Origin: a virus
Taxonomy: Duplodnaviria; Caudoviricetes
Virus record (IMG/VR): IMGVR_UViG_3300005973_000002
Reading direction: 5' to 3' (one strand)
DNA: 64,000 nt
Positions within the stretch are counted from its first letter, which is position 1. The number at the start of each line of letters is the position of its first letter. The notes under the pieces are model-generated. The model saw nothing but the letters and a program-made list of their open reading frames with translations. It was not told where the DNA came from and did not search any database. Positions 58,303 through 64,000 of the stretch are shown here, piece by piece. The position numbers and the translations under genes were made by a program.

Positions 58303-60386
58303 TGGCGTTTTTTCTGAAAAAATTGATTAAAGAAGAAGTAAGAAAAACTTTGCGATTGCTCACTGAGGGTATCGTCCACATTGACAAACTCAAGCCAGAA
58401 GAGCTTTTAGAGTTTCTTAGAGGGTGGAATTTAGATAAGGCCAGGTTCCATGTGTCAGAAAAAATGGATGGCAATTACATGGCTTTGGGGGTGGACAATG
58501 GTCAGTTTTACTTGAGAAGCAAAAGTAAAACATTTGAGTCTGCCGATGATGTCCCAAATATATTCTTCATGAACGACTTTAGGAAATACTTCAATCTGCT
58601 TCAGTCCATTCCTTGGAATGAAATTTTTGTTAAGATGGCTACAAAGTGGAATTTTGATTTTGACGGAACGTTTGAAATCGAGGGTGAGGCCATTCCATCG
58701 TTCGACCACAACATTGTTATTTATGATGAGGCAAAAATTGGGGATGGTATCTTTCTTATTTTTAATACAAAATCTACTATGGGCAAAGAAAAAAGTGGAA
58801 GAGTTCACAATCCAGAAATGTGGCTTGACCTTGCGCAAGAGGTTAACAAATACAGCTCAGTTAAATTCTTTTCTGTACCACAGGTAAGTTTAGACGACCT
58901 GGAATTTGATAACGATCTTATCGTAAATTTAGAAGCTCTTATTCAAGAACACGGTAACTTTTTAAAAAAGCCAGCCAGAACACAAGCTGCCAAGGAACTC
59001 AAAGCCAAACTGTTGGCGACAATAGCAGAGCTTGGAAAACAAGCCAAGAGGCAAGCTCTACAAGTACCAGTATCAAGCAAATTTGGCCCGGAAGTAGAGG
59101 GCGTTGTTATTTCTGGACCAGGGGGGAAATTAGTAAAAATTGTTGACACAGAAAAGTTCACTGCCAGAAAAGAAAGAAACTGGCATTTCATTAATCAACT
59201 AATTTCGGCCGAGCGTGATTTCAAAAAAAGGATAAAAGAAAACCCACAAGATTTGGAACTACATCTGCTTGAATGGCAAGAAGAAGTAGAGGACATCCAA
59301 AAAGACTTTGATAAAAATGGGCACAAATACATAACGATCCGAAAGAAATTTGAAGATACGCAAAATGGAATTGACTTTGCATTGGGCATGATAAAAGCGA
59401 TGAAAGATCGCCTTGATGCTGGGCAAACTTCTGAGGAGGTTATTGCTGCCTTCAACAATCGTCAAGTTGTTCCCGAAAATGCGAAATCGCTTTCTGAATC
59501 AGTTTTTATTACCGAAGCTGAACTCAATGAAGGTGGAAATGTTTTTGATGAGATGAATTCTGTAGTGCCAAAATCACTTCTTGAACCAAGTATTGAAAGA
59601 GCGATGGTATTAGCCAATTTGGATGGAATTAAATTTGAAATAGTTGGCAACAAAACTAAACCATTCTTCAATGACATTGACGTTGCTATTGATGCAACGG
59701 ATTTGCTGAATTACCTTGGTCTTCCTGAAGGTACTCAAGAATTTTGGGATGAGCTGAATACTCATCTGGCAAGATCTAACGTTGAAAAATATTCAATCAT
59801 CAAGGGCCTAAAGCAGTTTCATATTTTGGTTCCACTTATTGACAGTTCCGGTGAACAGGTTAGAGCTTTCTTACCAGATGGTGAAAGCAGAAGTGACGAA
59901 CCTGCGTTAATTCAAATTGATGTGTTTGTTGGAAACTTGCAGTGGATGAAAGATATCAATTCTGGTGCGCCAGAATCAAGCAAATACAAGGCATCGTATA
60001 GGAATATGTTACTTGCGTCAATAGCTTCAGTAGTTCAATGGAGCATAGAAGGCGATTCAGACAATGAGTATTTTCGTTATGTGATGAATTTCAGGGACGG
60101 ACTAAAGCGACAGAAGATCAAAGTAATTTCACCAAGTGGCAGAAGAAAAAAACCTAAAAAGGAAAAGCTATCGGACCAAGTAGTAACTTCAAACCCTGAT
60201 GATCTTGCCAAAATTCTTTTCGGCAAAGGTGTCAAATGGTCTGACATGAATTCATTTGAAGAATTATACAATCTTCTTACAAGTAAAAAATTTCGCTTTG
60301 AAAAATTTTTACCTGAAATCATCAAGGAATTTAGAACCTCGCTAGAAAAACAAGGCATGGAAGTTCCTAAACAAGTTTCTGAATGA
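58299..60386 (+). CDS. Fusion of an ATP-dependent (RNA) ligase-like domain and a pol-beta nucleotidyltransferase-like domain
   Basis: Ligase motifs I SEKMDG, III EIEGE, IV EGVVI and V LVKIV. Then EGGNVF...GNKTKPFFNDIDVAID...IQIDVF. Confidence 0.7.
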   Translation: MMAFFLKKLIKEEVRKTLRLLTEGIVHIDKLKPEELLEFLRGWNLDKARFHVSEKMDGNYMALGVDNGQFYLRSKSKTFESADDVPNIFFMNDFRKYFNLLQSIPWNEIFVKMATKWNFDFDGTFEIEGEAIPSFDHNIVIYDEAKIGDGIFLIFNTKSTMGKEKSGRVHNPEMWLDLAQEVNKYSSVKFFSVPQVSLDDLEFDNDLIVNLEALIQEHGNFLKKPARTQAAKELKAKLLATIAELGKQAKRQALQVPVSSKFGPEVEGVVISGPGGKLVKIVDTEKFTARKERNWHFINQLISAERDFKKRIKENPQDLELHLLEWQEEVEDIQKDFDKNGHKYITIRKKFEDTQNGIDFALGMIKAMKDRLDAGQTSEEVIAAFNNRQVVPENAKSLSESVFITEAELNEGGNVFDEMNSVVPKSLLEPSIERAMVLANLDGIKFEIVGNKTKPFFNDIDVAIDATDLLNYLGLPEGTQEFWDELNTHLARSNVEKYSIIKGLKQFHILVPLIDSSGEQVRAFLPDGESRSDEPALIQIDVFVGNLQWMKDINSGAPESSKYKASYRNMLLASIASVVQWSIEGDSDNEYFRYVMNFRDGLKRQKIKVISPSGRRKKPKKEKLSDQVVTSNPDDLAKILFGKGVKWSDMNSFEELYNLLTSKKFRFEKFLPEIIKEFRTSLEKQGMEVPKQVSE

Positions 60387-61199
60387 TTAACGACGATAAA
60401 ACTGGTTGAAAACATCCTGCGTTAAGCCGTAATCAACCAAAACAGGAACTTCTCTGCCATTTCTATTGACCGCACCCCAAGAACTTATACGCATAATATC
60501 ACCAGAAGGCATTCCAAAATCTGCCATCATGGTGACAACATCGCTGAACAATTCTGATTCTTCAATTTCTTCATAGTTGTCAGGAACAGGCATTTTCCAT
60601 CCACGTTGACCTGTTCGATCAATCATGTAATTGTTAAGAGTGGCCATCCAACCATCAAACTTGTGACCAGTGAGCCGCTCCCAATCAGACTTTTTTAATT
60701 TTTTAGCTCGTTCCATTTCAATGTAAAGATAGTTGTCAGCATCATAGTCCTTGACTTCTGCAATTACATTGTAGCCAATGTGCGACACATCTACTTCGAT
60801 TTCGTTTTGCGCCTGTCCCTTTTTGTTGTTTGCAATCTTGACCACCGTGTTTGGATCTACGGCGAAAACAACACGTGCCGAGCCCCCACCAAGTTTGCCA
60901 AGATGCTCACGGGCATAAGCTACTCTTTTACGAAAGCTTGGCAGCGACTTAAATTCTTCAGTGTCAAATCCTTGAGGATAGTCTGCCTCATCAAGCCAAC
61001 CTTCATACAAAGGCTGTTCATGAAGTTCTTCAAGAGCTTCAGCAACCAAATGGCCTATCATTTCCCGTAAATCGTTTTCTGAAATGCTTTTTTCGCCTTC
61101 CTGTTCTTCATTGTCAAACAATAACAATTTTTCTTTGCCGCCAACTTTTACAGTTTTTTTATTGGCTGACTTTTGTTCTTTGGTGTGCCCATCAATCAT
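60387..61199 (-). CDS. Protein-kinase-like fold protein
   Basis: KLGGGSARVVF (Gly loop), VVKIA (Lys), QNEIE (helix C Glu), GDIMRISSWG (catalytic loop) and LVDYGL (DFG-like). Confidence 0.72.
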   Translation of the reverse strand: MIDGHTKEQKSANKKTVKVGGKEKLLLFDNEEQEGEKSISENDLREMIGHLVAEALEELHEQPLYEGWLDEADYPQGFDTEEFKSLPSFRKRVAYAREHLGKLGGGSARVVFAVDPNTVVKIANNKKGQAQNEIEVDVSHIGYNVIAEVKDYDADNYLYIEMERAKKLKKSDWERLTGHKFDGWMATLNNYMIDRTGQRGWKMPVPDNYEEIEESELFSDVVTMMADFGMPSGDIMRISSWGAVNRNGREVPVLVDYGLTQDVFNQFYRR

Positions 61200-61438
61200 A
61201 GCTCATCCTTTTCGTACGCTCTAAGAGCGTACGCTTTATGTTCCATTTCTTCAACAGTTTTTTTTAAATTTTCAATGAATCTCATTGCCATGGTAAAGTC
61301 TTTGTCTTGAAGCTTTTCTCTTATATAACCAAACAATTCTTCAACATCCTCTATTTCAGACGTGACTCCAGGTGCGCCAAGTTGTTCTTCGATAGTTTCT
61401 CGTATTATGTTCCGAAGTTCTGATTTTTTGATTTTCAT
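61196..61438 (-). CDS. Small helical protein with MKIKKSELRNIIRETIEE leader
   Basis: ATG 61438 overlaps the upstream stop (ATGA). Confidence 0.7.
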   Translation of the reverse strand: MKIKKSELRNIIRETIEEQLGAPGVTSEIEDVEELFGYIREKLQDKDFTMAMRFIENLKKTVEEMEHKAYALRAYEKDEL

Positions 61439-61845
61439 CTGAACGCCCTTTTGTTTTTCCATTCTCTTGCAGAATCATTGTCAAATATTCTCAAGACAAG
61501 ATTTACATATGCTCTTGGATCTTTACCACAACTATTCGCTTGTTCTTCTATGGCCGTTAGCAGTTTATGTGTTGCTGGATATGCACTGTAGGGTTCGAGA
61601 AGTGGCCTCATTGTATATACGACTTCATCAGCGTAATATCCATATGGATGTATATGCTGTTCGCCGAACATAGATTCGATTTCGTCAATCGTAACTTTGG
61701 CTATATGTTCCCACATTCCCGGAGCTGAATCTTCAACTTCTGGCTCAACAATAGCCTCATCCATTTCAATTTCACTCATGGTCTCAGCAGCGAGTGCTTT
61801 GACCAATTGCTCCATCGTATAGCCCATTGGGTCCGAACCGTACAT
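61435..61845 (-). CDS. Hypothetical protein
   Basis: 136 aa; TAATTA lies just upstream. Confidence 0.65.
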   Translation of the reverse strand: MYGSDPMGYTMEQLVKALAAETMSEIEMDEAIVEPEVEDSAPGMWEHIAKVTIDEIESMFGEQHIHPYGYYADEVVYTMRPLLEPYSAYPATHKLLTAIEEQANSCGKDPRAYVNLVLRIFDNDSAREWKNKRAFR

Positions 61846-61857
61846 GAAGTTAATTAT

Positions 61858-62391
61858 TCAAACGTTTTCATTATGATACTGAATCTCAAATCTATATGGT
61901 GGGCGCAAAACAAGTTCTTGGTACACTTCTTCCAATTTTTTGTTAGGCCATTGGTTCTGAATCATGTTTACTTGCTTAGCGATTCGCCTATAAAGATCGT
62001 TTATTTCGAATGGTTCGGGTTGCTTTATCAATTCTTTGACTTCAATAGCTTCATGCAAACCAATTAATCTACCGAATAAAATCTTGCATAGTTTATTAGC
62101 TTTTCTAATAGAAAAGAAGGAGCCATAATGATAGCGATAAGCATCGGCAATTTCGTTTGTTTGTCTGGTGAACAGAATATTTTGAAGTTGTACCGGACCG
62201 CCCTCTTGCATGCGTTTGATGACTGCATTCACTTCATAATCAGACGGTTCTCTCAAGAATAATCTAAGCCAAACGTGATTAATGTCTTCTATTTTGTTGT
62301 CCTTCATATATTCGTAAGCTTCTTCAACTTCAAGCTCAACGAGGAATGGATCGGGATTTGCAAACAATGACATTTCGAGTATAAATAGCAT
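61858..62391 (-). CDS. Hypothetical protein (true 5' end uncertain)
   Basis: 177-aa ORF. An in-frame SD-led ATG at 62523 is separated from it by three stops. Confidence 0.6.
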   Translation of the reverse strand: MLFILEMSLFANPDPFLVELEVEEAYEYMKDNKIEDINHVWLRLFLREPSDYEVNAVIKRMQEGGPVQLQNILFTRQTNEIADAYRYHYGSFFSIRKANKLCKILFGRLIGLHEAIEVKELIKQPEPFEINDLYRRIAKQVNMIQNQWPNKKLEEVYQELVLRPPYRFEIQYHNENV

Positions 62392-62594
62392 TGACTAATC
62401 AAACTTGGTTCCAATAAACTTGAACGATAGCACACGTTGCATTAACTTGTTTGAGTTATAATATGGAAATGTAAACTCCGCAGAGACAAATTTGGTATTC
62501 TAAAAAGTTTATATTTTTGTCATTTATTTACCTTTGTTGGAATAAGCACATTAGAATTAATTTTTCGGATTTAGTTTATTCTAGACTTGCGTTA

Positions 62595-62603
62595 TGGTAT
62601 AAT
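62595..62603 (+). promoter_or_regulatory. Extended -10 promoter TGgTATAAT, candidate leaderless transcript
   Basis: Perfect TGnTATAAT ending 5 nt before ATG 62609. Confidence 0.55.
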
Positions 62604-62608
62604 GATTT

Positions 62609-62896
62609 ATGGCTTGGAATCACGAAGAGACTACCCTTGATGGTACCAAGATTTTCAAACCTGGCGAACTCGTTCAGGTTGATCTTACAAAACACATGCT
62701 CATTGATGCAGAAAAGCCGGTAATAAATCCAGACAAGTGGATTAAAACCGACTTTTATGTTTCTGAATATGGGCCTACGCCCATTGTAATGATACTGGAT
62801 CTCAACAACCTAGAGAATTATTACCAGATTGCCATCGGAGAAAAAAAGTTCTGGTATCCTCTCAAGTATATCACTGAAGTGCCTACTGAAAGATGA
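62609..62896 (+). CDS. Hypothetical protein, possibly SH3/KOW-like
   Basis: FKPGELVQV and short beta-strand pattern. Confidence 0.55.
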   Translation: MAWNHEETTLDGTKIFKPGELVQVDLTKHMLIDAEKPVINPDKWIKTDFYVSEYGPTPIVMILDLNNLENYYQIAIGEKKFWYPLKYITEVPTER

Positions 62897-63598
62897 TTAG
62901 CGAGGACGGCCCCTACCAATGCCCATGCCTCGGGCACCAAGGCCACCAATATCCTTGCCCATCTGCACAAGACGTTGTCCTGGGCCCATCATAAACGATT
63001 TTTGCGCCTTTTCAATGTCAGCTGCCTCACGGCCTGCGGAATAAACTCCAGAGCCACGTGGTACCGCCTGAAAGAGCTTGTCAGCAGCATCATTCAATGA
63101 TTGCGAAAGGCTTTGGAGGGTGTAAGCGGCAGCCGCAAATGGTTTGCTTAGCTCTTCTTTTGTTGCCGAATCAACTTCGGCAACTTTCTGAAGCTCATAA
63201 AGATCATAAAGTTGATCAATGTAGCTATTGAGTGCTTGTTCCACTGCTCTTACATCGGTAAGTTTTGTTGCAGCAAGATTTTTTCTTGCTTTTTCAACAC
63301 CTTTTGCCATCTGCATTACGGCCCTGGTGTCTCTTTGTTGCGCTTTAGCCTGCGCTTTTTCGCCTTTTTCCTTACCCATTCTTTCCAAGTCTTGAACGCC
63401 TAGTTTTTTAAACGGACCGAAAAATTCAAGCAGTTGTTTCTTGCTGTTGATTTTCTTGTGCTCTTTAAGAAATGGTGTATTGTATAAGCAAACTAAAGCA
63501 TAGTGCGCAGCCTGTTTCTGTTCTAGTGCAATGGAGGTCGATTCTCTTTTGACAGACTCGCTGACAAGCTTACGAAGTTGTGATTTTTTGATCTTCAT
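62897..63598 (-). CDS. Helical protein with MKIKKSQLRKLVSESVKRE leader
   Basis: GGAG SD and upstream TAATTA at 63620-63625. Confidence 0.75.
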   Translation of the reverse strand: MKIKKSQLRKLVSESVKRESTSIALEQKQAAHYALVCLYNTPFLKEHKKINSKKQLLEFFGPFKKLGVQDLERMGKEKGEKAQAKAQQRDTRAVMQMAKGVEKARKNLAATKLTDVRAVEQALNSYIDQLYDLYELQKVAEVDSATKEELSKPFAAAAYTLQSLSQSLNDAADKLFQAVPRGSGVYSAGREAADIEKAQKSFMMGPGQRLVQMGKDIGGLGARGMGIGRGRPR

Positions 63599-63660
63599 TT
63601 TGTTCTCCGGAGTTAGCTGTAATTAGCTTTATTCCAACATTATTCTTATTAAGATTTGAT

Positions 63661-63993
63661 TTATCGCCCTCTTTGGCGTTCATATTCCTTAAAAGTTTCA
63701 ACAAAAACTCTATTGAGTTCAATAAGCTTTTGCGAAATTTGATTCAAGATCTTACCAAGAGCCTTTAGTTCATTTAGGAAGACAGAAACTGAAGTAACGT
63801 TTCTAGCATTTTTAAGCATTTGCTCTCCTTCGATTGCAATGCTTTTTACTTCACTGGCAGTAATCAAAATATTTCGAGCGAGATTTCTTCTTCCTACTGG
63901 CGTATCAGGATTCAAGTTCATTTCTGCCATTGGTATCTTTTTGAGTCCTGTCAATATAAGAACTTCCGTATAGCTTTTTTGCACTTTTGGCAA
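63661..63993 (-). CDS. Hypothetical coiled-coil protein (start may lie beyond the window)
   Basis: 110-aa ORF with a helical C-terminal half. Confidence 0.55.
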   Translation of the reverse strand: MPKVQKSYTEVLILTGLKKIPMAEMNLNPDTPVGRRNLARNILITASEVKSIAIEGEQMLKNARNVTSVSVFLNELKALGKILNQISQKLIELNRVFVETFKEYERQRGR

Positions 63994-64000
63994 TTCTTTT

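Noticed and set aside
2899-60415. Numerous 60-150 aa antisense or nested ORFs in the track (e.g. 2899-3288, 15461-15901, 56981-57676)
   Set aside because: They are shadows of longer motif-bearing genes, with no recognisable motifs.
1-64000. Stop-codon reassignment (code 15 or 4), as in some huge phages
   Set aside because: ORFs over 1000 aa are intact in code 11, and TAG, TGA and TAA all end clear genes. Internal stops occur only in decayed genes.
1-64000. tRNA, rRNA, group I intron or CRISPR array
   Set aside because: No cloverleaf or repeat-spacer pattern seen, and intergenic gaps are short. tRNAscan and Infernal were not run.

Overview
This window is part of a large AT-rich tailed-phage (myovirus, jumbo/huge-phage type) genome read in genetic code 11. 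It has five blocks. (1) 1-9.7 kb: the end of a gp26/gp51-like chaperone pair, then an accessory island with a stand-alone major-capsid fragment, HIT, Nudix, Nmad1-like, intein-containing pol-beta nucleotidyltransferase, zincin, HAD nucleotidase, amidase, ATP-grasp-like and two GIY-YIG genes. (2) 9.8-21.6 kb (+): tail module with tape measure, tube-initiator-like, LysM/gp53-like and hub genes. (3) 21.6-38.2 kb (+): a 16.6-kb glycan biosynthesis island with six glycosyltransferases, GDP-fucose genes, an NDP-heptose pathway, epimerases, methyltransferases and a sulfotransferase-like gene, followed by a gp55-like late sigma factor. (4) 40.5-57.1 kb (-): baseplate module with spike, gp25, gp6, LamG wedge and other structural genes, interrupted by decaying GIY-YIG genes. 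(5) 57-64 kb: proteins sharing an amphipathic L-x-x-L/I-I/V-x-E segment, including an RNA-ligase/nucleotidyltransferase fusion, a kinase-like protein and ART-like proteins, which may be head-packaged effector cargo. A TAnTTA motif precedes many probable late genes. No tRNA, rRNA or CRISPR array was recognised. All family assignments are from motif recognition by eye; no database searches were run.
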